From: Raillietiella orientalis
Lineage: Eukaryota
Assembly: GCA_036172245.1 (NCBI GenBank)
Contig: JAYWIR010000044.1
Coordinates: 496,001-560,000 of the forward strand
Direction of reading: 5' to 3'
Length of the DNA: 64,000 nt
Part shown: in pieces, positions 24,830 to 36,400 of the stretch
Numbering within the stretch: position 1 is the first letter of the stretch
Layout of the letters: the number at the start of each line of letters is the position of its first letter
Notes under the pieces: model-generated
What the model saw: the letters and a program-made list of their open reading frames with translations, nothing else
What the model was told of the DNA's origin: nothing
The model's database searches: none
Made by a program: the position numbers and the translations under genes

Positions 24830-25334
24830 ATTCACCGTTAGAGGGAGCTGTCAGGTGAACCTGAAAGGTTGGTCTCCTGACACCTGGCAGACCCGTCTGC
24901 GCACATGCACGTTGTGCCAAAGTTTCACATCCACAAAAGCTCTCCTTAGGCAGAAAGCCTTTTGCAGGCAGCGTCAACGCACCTATTCGCAAGAGCACGA
25001 GCTGGTTGCCTGGCTGTTCCTCACTCGGAAGGGCTTGCAAATTCATGGATTGAGGCCAAAAGCCAACCTGAAGCTCAGACGGCGGGTTCCCCGGAGAGAA
25101 GGAAGTGACTCCGCCATCGGGTAGCCGCTTCGCCACCCGAAGCAAATTCAACTCCCAAGCGCAGTCGGTCGGTAGTGAAGTCACGGGACCGCTGCGGTAT
25201 TTATTCTGCTTAGCCTGGGCACCCCCGCATGCTAGGGTGCTCGGTTGCGCTCGTTGTCTTCGGGACCTCAATTCCATGGCATTTCGACCACACCCTTGGA
25301 TTCTTCTCACGAAAGTTGGCTAGAATAGTGCAAG
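24830..25334 (+). promoter_or_regulatory. Conserved leader/promoter region of ZF copy 4
   Basis: Homologous to the other three leaders (ccaaaagccaacctg.agctcagac, aattcaac..ccaagcgcagtcggt). Confidence 0.45.
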
Positions 25335-25934
25335 ATGAGGAATCCTGAATTGGAAATGGCGGAACGGACGATTCTGGAAGGGAATCATTTGGTTCTCATG
25401 TTCCCAGTGCACCCGGTTTTGTTATGCTGCTTCACTGATTGCGATTATGGGACGCGTTCGCAAACACGTCTCGAGCGTATTCGCGATATCAGGAGGCACT
25501 TAAGAGAGTACCATGAGATTCAGAATGCTCGGACCACCTTCGTGTGCCGCAGGTGCAAGACGGATGTTCTTTTAGACTCCAATTACCATCTTTTCTGTGA
25601 TCCAGAAGAAACAACTGTTTTCAGCAATCTGGCCACGGAGGCCGAACTTGTTTATCAGTGCGATTGGCCCGGATGTACCGACTTGTATTGCTCAAGTAGC
25701 GGATTGCGTCGTCACAAGAGCTGGCACCTAAGCAGTCGGAGCTATGGTGAGATGCGAGTGGGAGGCGCTTCTCGTAATGTGAACCGTCAGCAGCCCGATA
25801 ATGACCGACCAGGATGCTCCCGATACCAAGAGTCACAAAACAACGATAACCAGGCCACCACCCATTCCGACTCAAGCGACCTGTCCGACCAGCCCATGGA
25901 TTTGTCACAAAGCAGTACGACAAGTTCACAATGA
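25335..25934 (+). CDS. Zinc-finger protein copy 4 (199 aa) with C-terminal PMDLS motif
   Basis: Intact ATG ORF. CCFTDC-x18-HLREYH, CRRC-x10-HLFC and C2H2 finger CDWPGC-x12-HKSWH; DQPMDLS near the C-terminus. Confidence 0.78.
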   Translation: MRNPELEMAERTILEGNHLVLMFPVHPVLLCCFTDCDYGTRSQTRLERIRDIRRHLREYHEIQNARTTFVCRRCKTDVLLDSNYHLFCDPEETTVFSNLATEAELVYQCDWPGCTDLYCSSSGLRRHKSWHLSSRSYGEMRVGGASRNVNRQQPDNDRPGCSRYQESQNNDNQATTHSDSSDLSDQPMDLSQSSTTSSQ

Positions 25935-25946
25935 GCAATGTCAGGG

Positions 25947-28900
25947 GCGATTCTGCGCGGAGATGCTTCATCAGTGACGATGTGGAATTTCTGCCGCACA
26001 ATCCCAGACCTCCGTGGATTCCTCAGAACTGTGAGAACGGCACAAGGAAAACCCGACCCATGACGAGAAAGAAATCTTTCGATTTGACCTCACCACAATA
26101 AACAGCGATCAAAGTGCACGGAAAGCAAATTTCACGGGCCAAGGATCCTGCTGAGGAAGATGGGAGGATGATTTTGGATGGTGCCCAAACCAGTTGAATG
26201 CACTTCTGTGCGTACAAGAAGGGAGTTCGATGCTGGCGCCAAGTGCTTTGCCCTGAGAAAGCGAGCTCTTGCGTGGATCATTTGCTCACCAAGCGTGGCC
26301 CCTTCGGAAATTACAAAAGAGCTGGGGCACCTGCCCTTCTTGTTGAACCACTGAAGGGCTCACATGGTGCGGAAGGCAGCATTCCGAGTCGCTTCAGCAT
26401 CTTTTCCTTCCACAGTAGGTTACGGAATCACTTCCAAAAATCGTCCCATCGCACGACCGATGAGACTGCGTTCCCAGACGAGCAGCCAAAACTGCAAGCC
26501 GGACGACGTTCGCAGGGATTTCTGAGCATTCCGCGCCTCTCGAACGATGCTTCTTCCATGTTTCAAGGGAGCAACGTCTAAGAGCCCAATCAACCGTGTT
26601 GCTATGCTTGGTGCCCACGGCAACCAGAAGGCAACCAAAGGCAGCGATCTCCTCCAATCTCCGATCGCTGCGACATCTAGAGGAGTCGACGGCAATGCAC
26701 AGCCGACTAACGAGTACCCCCAGGTCGCCGAAACATCACCCGTGGGCAGGGAACGACGACACTTTTGCACGCGGTCTCCTCACTTTCACAAAACTGCGAG
26801 ACCCCTTCCAGGGGACAGGGAACTGCCAGCTGGATAAGCAGAATGTCGATCCTTAAGATGTCCGATGCACTCCTTCATGCACGCCTTCCGCAGAAGAGTG
26901 CACCCTCCCCGGTTGCGGAGACACCTGCAGGCTGCTTACCTACTGATTAGCTCATGCAAACCTGCACGCGTCTCCCGTGGAGATTGTCCTCCCGTTTCAA
27001 CGCCCGTGCAGACTGTCCCAAGTAAACGCAATCAGGGACCGTTTTGAGTTGCGCGCACCACTGTGCGTTCCGATCTTCGAGCGTTCGTTACACCTTGGTT
27101 TCCTCGTGGCAACGCTCGAAGCGCGAAATTCCTCTCGCACTGAAAGAAACCGCGTGCGTAGGCAACGGGAGTTTCTTCTTCTTCGCTACGGCTGCAGAAG
27201 CTCCGCTGCGTGTGGGTGGCGCCGTCGAGGCTGCAGAGCAGCCACCAGCTCGGCGGCCTTTTCCTCACCTGGAAGCCCGCATTCCACTCCCGTGCGGCGA
27301 ATCTCTCCCTGTGCTATTGTCCTTAATCAAACCGGACATGGAAGAAACACCGCCGAAACACCACAGTTTGAAATGAGTTTCGAGTCTATCCGGAGGCAAA
27401 GGGGAGCTGACACTCTTCTGACACGGTTTGAACTCGCAGCATCCCTCGTAACGGGAGATGGGCATCTGCTAGCAAAGGAATTGGTTGCTACTCGTCTGCA
27501 TCTCGAGTTCCTCTTCCGGAACGTGCGGTGCCATCTGCTAAGTGCAATCGAACCGCCCGACGGTGCCACCGCTTGAGTTCACGAGCTCCGCCGCTAGATG
27601 ATGCTGAACGCGCGCGTTTCCATCGCTTGCAGGTGGCATCGGAGTTTCCGTCGCGGCGCGTTGCTTGGCACGCATCTCGACGACTCGTCTGTGCGGGAAG
27701 AGCGAACAGCGGAGGCTGGTGTCCCTTGGCGGCGGATCTGCTGCGCTCCTGAATCCGTCCGAGATCCGCGTTGTCCCACGACACTGCCGAATCCGCGGTT
27801 TCCGGGGAAACCTGACGAATCTCTCCTGCCTGCGCCCTTCTTTCCTGTCACCGGCACACGTGCGACAGCATGGCGTGCTGTCTCGACGTCGCACTCGGGA
27901 CGATAGGTTTCTCGGACATGGCTTTGCAGATCCGACTCCTCTTCCTGACTCCGGGAGGCAGCAGAGCGCAAGACATGCAACGCACGCTGCTGCTCGGTGC
28001 CACGAGGGATGGCAAGGCGCTACCAAAATTCCTCCGAAAACGGCATCCCCAAGGATACCACGAGCTGAATGCCGACTTTGGTCCGGATGCAGCTGGTTGG
28101 GAAAGCGCACGGCTTTCCCGGTCGCACGTGCGCTCCGCGGAAGAAGTTGGCTCTTCTTTCGAAGGAAATGCCGAAGGATCGGCAGCTGCGGTGCAGCGAC
28201 CTCGCGGACAGACCATCTGCTGACCTCGCAGCGGAAGTTTTTCCTTGCCCCCGGAAATCGAATGCGAGTCTCGCGTGCTCCGTGAAATGCATGGTGCCAA
28301 AAAAGGCATCGCGGAGGCGTTTCTCGCGCTTGGGGTCACTTTGCGTCGCCGTGTGTCTCAAGTTCGATTGAATCCATTTCAAAAGTGAACCCTCCAGACG
28401 AACCGTCGTCGAGGGAATGGTCCTTGCCGAGGTTCTTCTGACGTGGGTAATCCACTTCTGGTGCTTCTTCTCCATGGGAAGAGCGCGCCTGTTGTTCGGA
28501 CCCTGCAAGACGTCGAAGCGCAAGTGGAGCTTTGCGCCCCGGTGGACGACCTTGGCTGACTCACGCGGCCCGCATCGCACGGCTTTCTTCCGAGCACCGT
28601 GCCCTCGCATGACGGGATGCTGGATGAGGACCGAATCCTTGGCGAAAGTGAGTGACGGGTGACGAAACCGGAGGCGGGAGATGCGCAGGGCTGACCAGAT
28701 CGCGAAGGTAAGAAGCTGTGAAGTTGCTTTCGGCTATGTTCTCGGGAAGGATGCGCTCTTCGACCGGCGCTGCTTCCTCTTGCTCCACGTGCCGTGTCGA
28801 AGGAGAACAGGGAGGTAACCGGAAGCATTGAGAATAAAATGGAAGGTGGTGCAGGCTGCAGTCTCCGCGTTCTCTCGCGTGCTGCTTGAGTGGGCGCACG

Positions 28901-29126
28901 TGCGAAGCGAGGGTGGTTTCGCACGTGATCCCTAATCCGCTTTTGTCGCTCGTGGCCGTCTTCACGCGCACGCTCTCTCCGATTGAGGCCTCTCGAAGGC
29001 CCTTCTGGCATTCCTGCTTTGCGCTGACTTCCTACCGTGAAGCTGAGCACGGATCTTGGTATCGTGCAGATAAATTTTGCTCCGCCAGAAGAGAAAATCC
29101 TCTTCCAGTGGAACCTTAGCGCCTGA
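25947..29126. repeat. Right arm of the 3.18-kb inverted repeat; decayed RLE-element RT/endonuclease
   Basis: Mirror of 15115-18293. Plus-strand remnants FAGISEHSAPLERC (DG..EH) and ETSPVGRERRHFCTRSP (GV.QGCPLS). Confidence 0.95.
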
Positions 29127-31000
29127 AGATGGAAAGTGGGCAGTAGTGGGTTGCGAGTCATTCTTTAAGAAGAATCTCTTATTGCATTGCATCTTTGGAA
29201 ATTCTTTTACAGTGCATCGACTTGACTGGAGGCGATTCAAGAAGAGTGGTGGTTTACAGCACATCCGAGTCGTCTTGTGGCGATGATGATCCGGAAGGGA
29301 CTCACCGTGTCTGCCCATCTCAATCGAAACATCACACTGCAGTAAAGATTTGCGCGCTTTCCTACACCCTGATCGAGAGTTGTTCTGTTCTGATGCACGA
29401 CACTCGAATGTACCGCGGCTGCTGTCCAGGGGAAGATGGATTGGAATTTCGCGTTTGCCTTTCGCCTTTTCCAAAGTCCAAAGTGCCGAGGGCTTTTCCT
29501 TGGTCCCAAGGCATTTTTTGTTCTGCTCATCAGAGATTTGGATGACGAGAGCTGCGAAACCGCTCAGGGACCTCAGCACGTTTCTCCCGAGTCCGCAGCT
29601 GTCCCAGAAGCAGGTGTGGGAACGAAGAACGGACGTTGAGTGGGCATCAGCGCGAGTCGCATGATGGCGGGGGTTGCGGTGTGGGGAGCGCGTTCTTACT
29701 CCCCGTGCCGCCAATTTGCACGTTCGCTGTTTCTCGTGAACCATGCCTGAGGCTTTTGCGAGGAACAAACTGATGCGGATTCTCCGTGGAAGGAGAGATC
29801 GGAAGGGTACTTGGATTCCAGTGCCACTAGATTTTCTCGTCACTTGTGTGCCCTAGCAACGAAGATTCCCGTTTCTCTCATTCTTTTTATATTTCCTGTG
29901 TCCATGCTGTGCATTTCTTTGAGTGGCGTTGCATCCTGAGGATGCTTGGCTAAACGGATGAGGCGAGCAGGAGCGGTGGCACCGAAAGGGTTCTTTCGAA
30001 TGGTGTACTTGGTACATTGAGAAGCTGGGTTGCATCCGTTTTCCTCGGTTCCTGATGGATAAGAAGCAGTGCTGCATCTTGGGCCTGATGCAGATAAAAG
30101 TTGGGTGACGACCTACGCTGGATTCGGGGTTTTCGTCAGTGGGTGAATCGTGAGCTCGATTGGTGTCTTCCCGACTGCACCACCATCATTAGAAAAGTTT
30201 TCCGTTCCCGTCCTCACTGCCCACCGTTGTGTGCTCCCTCCAGAGTCATTTCAGACTTCGTGTGACTGAAATAGGATTTATTTTTGTGGAGCGTTCTTTT
30301 GTTGGTAAGTGTGGCGGATGACTTCGAAGGATCACATGTGGAAAATCTCGTCATCACTTGGTGGTTCCGATTGTGTGAGACGTCGGGCGTTCCTTCGGCA
30401 AGATGGAGCACTTGAACGAATGAGCGGCTCGGAGGTGGCAGGGACGGACTTCGTCGCAGCCGTGAGGAGCGAAGGTGCCGTCACATTCGAGGATGCGCGG
30501 GGAGGCATGGAAACTCTCCTCCTCCTCAGCAGAAAAGGAAACTTCTGTGCGTGCACATGGGGTTTGCGCCTGGAGGTGCAAGCGCTTAGCTGCAGCAGTT
30601 CAGATGCCCTGGTGCTCCATTTGGTGGCTTGCAGCTGCACCTGCGCCCGTTTCTCCTCCGCTCGATTCGGCAGTCGGTGGCAGCAGCGCGAACCGAAAAG
30701 CACGAAACACGGCGGAATGTGCTTTTTCAGAATGTCTTCCTGCGGACATTTGCACGCCAACAGACACTTTGTTTCTGAGGTGCCGGGAAGAGTCAGTCGC
30801 AAAAACAAAACGAGTCATGAGCATATGGGCGTATTTTCTTTTTTTTTTTTTTACGTTCCTTCGGCAGTGGCGGAGGACGCTGGGGGTGAAGGAGCAGAGA
30901 GGATGCCGACGTCTTTTCATGTTCTGGAATTAAGTCCCCAAAAAGCCCAGAAGGGGTTCTGTAGGCAGATAGGAGGCATTTTGATGTGAACGGTAGGAAC
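28640..31000 (-). mobile_element. Decayed RLE retrotransposon convergent on unit 4; its 3' end lies inside the right arm
   Basis: Minus-strand remnants RILECDGTFAPH (LD..NAFGSVPH), LFLAKASG and GITCETT (DVTCPFE-like) run across 29126. Confidence 0.45.
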
Positions 31001-31321
31001 ACCACCGGACCTCAAATACATCCATGCTGGTCTGCGCAACCATCTTTTGCTCTGCAGGTGACGATGACCTCAGTCATCTAATTTCTGGTGATTTTCACTT
31101 CTACAGGATTCCTAAGTGGCTCTCTCCAAGTTGGGCTTCGCAGCGTGGGGTCTGCGCGCACGACCAGCTTGGCGACTAGCAATGCAATCAAGAACCCACG
31201 ACGGGCGACTTGCAGCCGGCGCCCTCGAGACCGGCTTTGCTGCGAAAGGTTGCAGAGGGGCGGGAGAAAGACAGATTTCAAGTGGCTCACCCTAGATGAT
31301 AAACTGACACTGACCACCCGC

Positions 31322-31800
31322 GTTGGCAGTCGCATGGCTGCGGTCTCTCCGCGCGTAGCACAAAGCCTTGCTGTTTCGAATCCCTACGCGGAGGATCGAC
31401 ACCGGGAATGGAGGGTGCGTCGTGGGTTCCGAGTCCCCCCGCAGGTTGGCTTCGGGGGCGGTGCTGGTGGAAGACGGATGCCCCTGCTGACCGGCCGGGA
31501 TCGGAAGTTGGACCTCTGAGGTCCTTCCAGGAATGCAGGGGCTAGTTCCCGCCGAGTGCCACGGAGCTGGTTGCTACTTCCCTATGGAGATTGCCTCTCC
31601 AGAAGAGCTCCTCTCTTCTCACAAAAATTGGGAAGGGTCCCTCCGGGGTTCTTTACACATCATGGGAGCCTTCCAGGATTCATAGGGTGATCTCTTCAGG
31701 GTTGTCCCCTGACTTGAAGAGTTCCACGCACCCTCTGGTGGCGTGGACGAGTGTTAAAAAGCTTGGTGAGCCCTCCCAAAGAAGGCGAACGGTTCTCAGG
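31322..31800 (+). mobile_element. tRNA-headed SINE-like repeat, copy 1
   Basis: Head tggctgcggtctc...gtttcgaatccc (B-box-like); body blocks shared with four other copies (ccggccgggatcggaagt, gattcatagggtg). Confidence 0.65.
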
Positions 31801-31849
31801 TACCTTGATACATGTTGTAACGCATATTAATAGGTACTTTGTACATAAT

Positions 31850-32340
31850 AATAAAATTTCACTACGCCTTGCTGCAGGCCGTAAGATCAAACCCGAAAAA
31901 CACACGAGCATGCGCGCGCATCTATGCGCGCCACCGATAATAGCGGTAGCTACGAGACCAGTAACAACTCTGCTGGCGACAACGGTGGTTGATGAATGTA
32001 GCGACAAGCATCAGCTGGCGCGATCTTCGATCCTGAAATTCCAAGAAGAAACCGGTGTTTTGCAAGTGCTGGAATTTTCCTTAACGTGCGCGAACCGGGC
32101 GGAACCACATTGTGGCGCCGTACGGCACACGGCACAGCCGAGGGACATCCACCGGACGAGTCGGCTGCGGCAGCCTCGGACAGAGAGAGGGCAGGTCCAA
32201 ACAGGCGAGTTCTCAGAGGACGACCGTCTCCGAGCCAGCGGCTTGCACTGTTCTGCGCCAACTGCCACGATGGGGGTGGCATAGCGACTGGGGTCTCATG
32301 GCCGTCCGAAGGTCGCAGGGAGTTGTACTGCTGTTTGGAT
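31850..32340 (-). mobile_element. R2/NeSL-type 3' fragment
   Basis: GGCPSAVPCAVRRHNVV, the RHN motif that follows the CCHC knuckle. Confidence 0.45.
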
Positions 32341-32345
32341 TCGCG

Positions 32346-32682
32346 ACGGCTCCGGAGTCCAGTAGCGGGAAAGCAGTGAAGAAGGCAGGCAAGGCGCAGA
32401 AGATCATCACGAAAAGAGAGACGAGGGGAAGAAGCGGAGGACGAAGGAGAGAGCTGCGCCATCTACATCTATAAGTCTCCAGCAAAGCCATGTCGATTAC
32501 GAGCAGCTTCGTGAATGACACCTTCGAGTGTATCGCAGAAGAAGCGTCCCGCCTGTCCCATTAAAAGAAGCGCACGACCCCCCTCCATCCGGAAAGCGCT
32601 CCTGTCGCTGCCGGGAAACCTGGCCAAGCATGCCGTCTCGGGAAGCACGAAAGCCGTGACCAAGTACACGAGCTCGAAGTAA
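32346..32682 (+). pseudogene. H2B: Histone H2B pseudogene
   Basis: SGKAVKKAGKAQK...AIYIYK, a deletion, then VSSKAMSITSSFVNDTFECIAEEASRLSH*...LPGNLAKHAVSGSTKAVTKYTSSK*; ACG start, frameshifts and an internal stop. Confidence 0.93.
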
Positions 32683-33180
32683 ACTCTTCTTCCATCGGCC
32701 CCTGCATTCTAGCCAGCAGCTCCCCGAGGGGGAACGCAGAGTGACCATGCGTTTCCGCCTGCGGCACGACCGATCGGAATTCCTTGAAGGAAGGCTCCAT
32801 CAGCATGAGAATACTTCTTGGATGAAGGAAGGAGGAAGGCGGTGGCCCCAAGACATTTTCGTGGTGCGTGCCTCAACCCTGCGAACGGAAGATGAAGGGG
32901 TTTGGCTGCCACGTTTCTCACGGCCTGCTCGATGAAGCAAAGACGAAGGTTTTTCTCGGCTTACAATGGACGATTTAGCAATTTTTATTTTAGTGTATTT
33001 AATTTGTACATGGACAATTTACCCCATCGCGAATGAAAAGCACTACATACTGTGCAAGATTGGAACTTTTAATTCATTTTCAAAATATTCACACTCATTT
33101 CACTGCTTGAAATGATGACAAATCATATGTTCAAAGCACAATTAATTCCCAAACTTCACACACACACCCATCCCTCCATC

Positions 33181-34531
33181 AACGCGGTACCTTTTACACG
33201 CGGTGTCAATTCGAGGGATCTCATTGTACGCGGCCTTTGACAAGGTCAGCCTTATTTCTTGAAAAGGCGTTCATAACCCAACACACAGTAAGTAACCAAC
33301 TTTTTTTCGAGCTGCTTATTCTTTCTATTACAATTCTCAACCCACAAATGTGAAACGAAGGCCCAATAACACGGCGGAGAAGAAAATCCGTGCCTTTGGG
33401 TACGGAAACGGAAATTTCGAGTCGATCTGAAGAAGAAGGAAAACCCTCGTCAATTGCCAAGTCGCGTGGAATAGACGGATGCACTGTGTGGACCACAAGA
33501 AAAAAAAAAGTATGAAGGAAAGTATAGGAAGCAAGCGTGTCATCTCGATCTCCAGCAAGCTCAAGTGCTCTTCTCGTGCAAGAAACCCTACAATAGAAAA
33601 TAGGGAGACGGCACCGAGGACCCGGGCTGCAGACAAGACCCGAGGGAAGACACCTATGAGCAGTTACGACAAAAAGCTGTGAATATTTGCAACGGTTCGA
33701 AAAAGAAAGCTTCAGCATCCGATAAAAGGAGGGGGTGTGGTTCTTCTGGCGGTAAAGGCTGGTTCCATACATTTAGAGAAAGACGTCCATCACGCAACCT
33801 TAAATCCGAAGGCGACGCTGCAGAATTTCTACCCCAGATTGCGAAAATAGTCGAAGAAAATGGGTTCGTTCCAGATCGCTATTTTACACTGCGTTGGGAA
33901 CACTGCTCGGGCCTGGAGGGATCCAAAACAGCCAACTTCAAATGCTTGCTGGAAGGCAATATGGCCAGAAGTAGCTGTACCAGGCGATGCGGGTCCAGAA
34001 ACAGAAGAAGGAATAAGCAGTGCTGTGAATTCATCAAATGAATTTGGAATAGAAGGCTTCGACAATTCAAATGATGATGACAGCAGCGAATTGCCGATTG
34101 ATTGATTCCCATGACGTCCGGGACCCAGCCTGCCACGGAAGGCGGCAGGGAATACGACGAACCATCTAAAAGCTCCTCAACCGGTCGCAAAATTAGACGG
34201 AAAGCGCTATTTCAGGTATTGATCCGAGCGTTCGGCAGTTTTATTTAGCAAAAGATGCTGAAAAATTCATCCGCAAAGAGAAAGCCTAATGATGCAGACG
34301 GGGGAAAACTGAGTGACGGTTCAGATTCGGACACCGAATGAAAGCTGCTTTGGTCTTCTGGGATGACCGCATCCCTTTTTTCTGTTTACCTATGCGAAAA
34401 CAAACATCTTCACGACTCGCTCCGATTTTTTCTCGTCAGCGATTTCTTCCGACTCGGTCTGCGCGGTCCTCGTCCGCGTAAAAAAAGAATCCGCGTGCAA
34501 CGGACAATCCGCGTGGATGGAGGTCGGCGTG
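33181..34531 (+). mobile_element. Internally deleted Tigger/pogo DNA transposon
   Basis: HTH remnant RRKSVPLGTETEI...SIAKSRG...TVWT, CENP-B-type GKGWFHTFRER..NLKSEGDAAEF..IVEENGFVPD; degenerate inverted ends 33181-33235 / 34470-34531. Confidence 0.7.
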
Positions 34532-34749
34532 TTCAGCAACCGCGTGTTCTCATGGAACTACTTCTCGGTTTTTACACAAATCACGGAGTCACCAACTGTT
34601 CATCACCAGCCGAAACATCCAGGCTTTCGCATCTTCGCGGAAGAAGGAACAGGAACAAAATACAACATCTGGAACAACACCTTCGAGAGCGAACCAAAGG
34701 CAACGGAGCAGACTTCTGAATGAGGAATAAAACTGAGATGGAATCGCCT

Positions 34750-36400
34750 TCCCAGCTAAGGAGCATACGAGTGGTGCACTTTGGAAAATGGACAGCCTCA
34801 GAATTCCTCGGGAGCAGAAAGTACGGGCGAGGGTGGTTGCACGTTCGGTAATTTCAGAAGTTGTTCGTCCCCATGTCAGGGAGAAGCACTCTTTCCTCCT
34901 GAAGAGCGTGGCATATGCGGGAGGCATAGATGAGCAGTTCGCTGTTCGAGACGAGAATATCCAGTAATTTAGCGCGGCTCGCTCCAGGTAGTGGCCCAGC
35001 TGGTGATCTCTTCAGGGAAGGTACTGGGATGTCTGCTCGGACCGTCATCGAAAGTGAGTGCGGTGGGGAGCTTGGTGGAGATGAACCCACTGGTGCTTGA
35101 GACCGCATTCATTGCTCAGGATCGACTCCATCCAACTGCAGAGCTGCACGGAAGAGCAGCGTGAAAGACGACGAAGGAAGGTGAGGCGGGACCGGCAATC
35201 TTTTCAAGTGAAGAGGAAGAACGGGAACCTCAAGGATAAGAAAACGCATCCAACTCGGCGAGTTCACTCGTCTGAATTGAAGATTCTTGAAAGAAATATC
35301 TGCTTACTCAAACCATCAGCAAAACAACTTTACCCGAACCTATTTATAAGCCTGCTTCCTATTCCTGGAGCTCTCCTTCCGGGGAGGGAGTGACATGAGT
35401 GTCTGCACCTTCTGCCAGCACCGTTCTTCAAAAAGCCTTTTTTAATTACAGTCGCAGCCATGCATGGAAATGAACTGTATCTGGATGCAAAGAAGAAGCT
35501 GACAGTGATTTCTTGATGATCGCGCATTCCACCTTCGTCTTTGAGAGGCAGACTGGTTCATGTTTCCCTTGTCTGCATGGGATGGAAGATTTACAAGAGG
35601 GGTAACAAAAGCACGTCGGGAAACGGAGAAATCCACTGCCTCGCCTTCGTGCGTGCTGTCTGCAAACTGCAAGGAACGATGATGTCATTCTGCAAGTTAC
35701 GTCAAATTCAACAGGAAAGCAGAGTTGTCGCTCCATCAGAAGGCGCTTGAATATGCCGCAGATGGACACTTCTTCATGTTCGTGTCGCTTGCCTGCTGCC
35801 AGTCCAAGGTGCGGTTTCTTCGTCATCTCACGGTCCGTCCAATGAAAAGTCAGAAGGTCAGCGAGAACCGGTAGATGAATCCTAAGAACGTCGTCCAAAA
35901 AAGTGGTCCAGCCGGAAGTCTGATTCACAACTCGACGCTGTGTGAAGTGCAAATCTTCCAGCCTTTTCGAGATTCTTCAGGAAGAGGGCTCTCCCCCTCG
36001 CTGCATCCCTTCCTTTTTTCTGCGACAGTGTGTGGCCGGCGATGAGCAGCATCCCGCTCCCTCGGTGAACCAGAAGAATCTGTTTCGCGCCGTTGCTTCT
36101 TGGAGAAGGATCGCAGACAGAAAGACGTGCGTTGCTGGAGCAGCCTCCCCGATTCCAGCAGCGCGTAAGGCAAGGCTGCCACCGTTCCCACAGTGGCGTC
36201 CCTGCCGTAGTGAGCACCCTGCTTCTTCTGGAATGGTAGCGCCTCTCGACTCGGGCCAGGGGTCTGGTGGGTGAGGCAGCAGGATAGCAGTCAGCTGGTA
36301 ACGTAGTAAAAAGACGAAAGTGTCGACCTGAAGTGCCGAGAACCTTAATCCCATCTCTTTGGATCCTGGGAGAGGTCTTTTGCACGGCCCTTGTTAGCCA
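34750..36400 (-). mobile_element. Decayed RLE retrotransposon RT region
   Basis: ALFLKNLEKAGR (Q.LY..N.K.A.R) and ICGIFKRLLMERQLCFPVEF (L..IFN.CL..R..P..W). Confidence 0.45.

Noticed and set aside
32011..32268. Divergent H2A partner of the H2B pseudogene
   Set aside because: No AGLQFPVGR; the region is better explained as an RLE RHN fragment.
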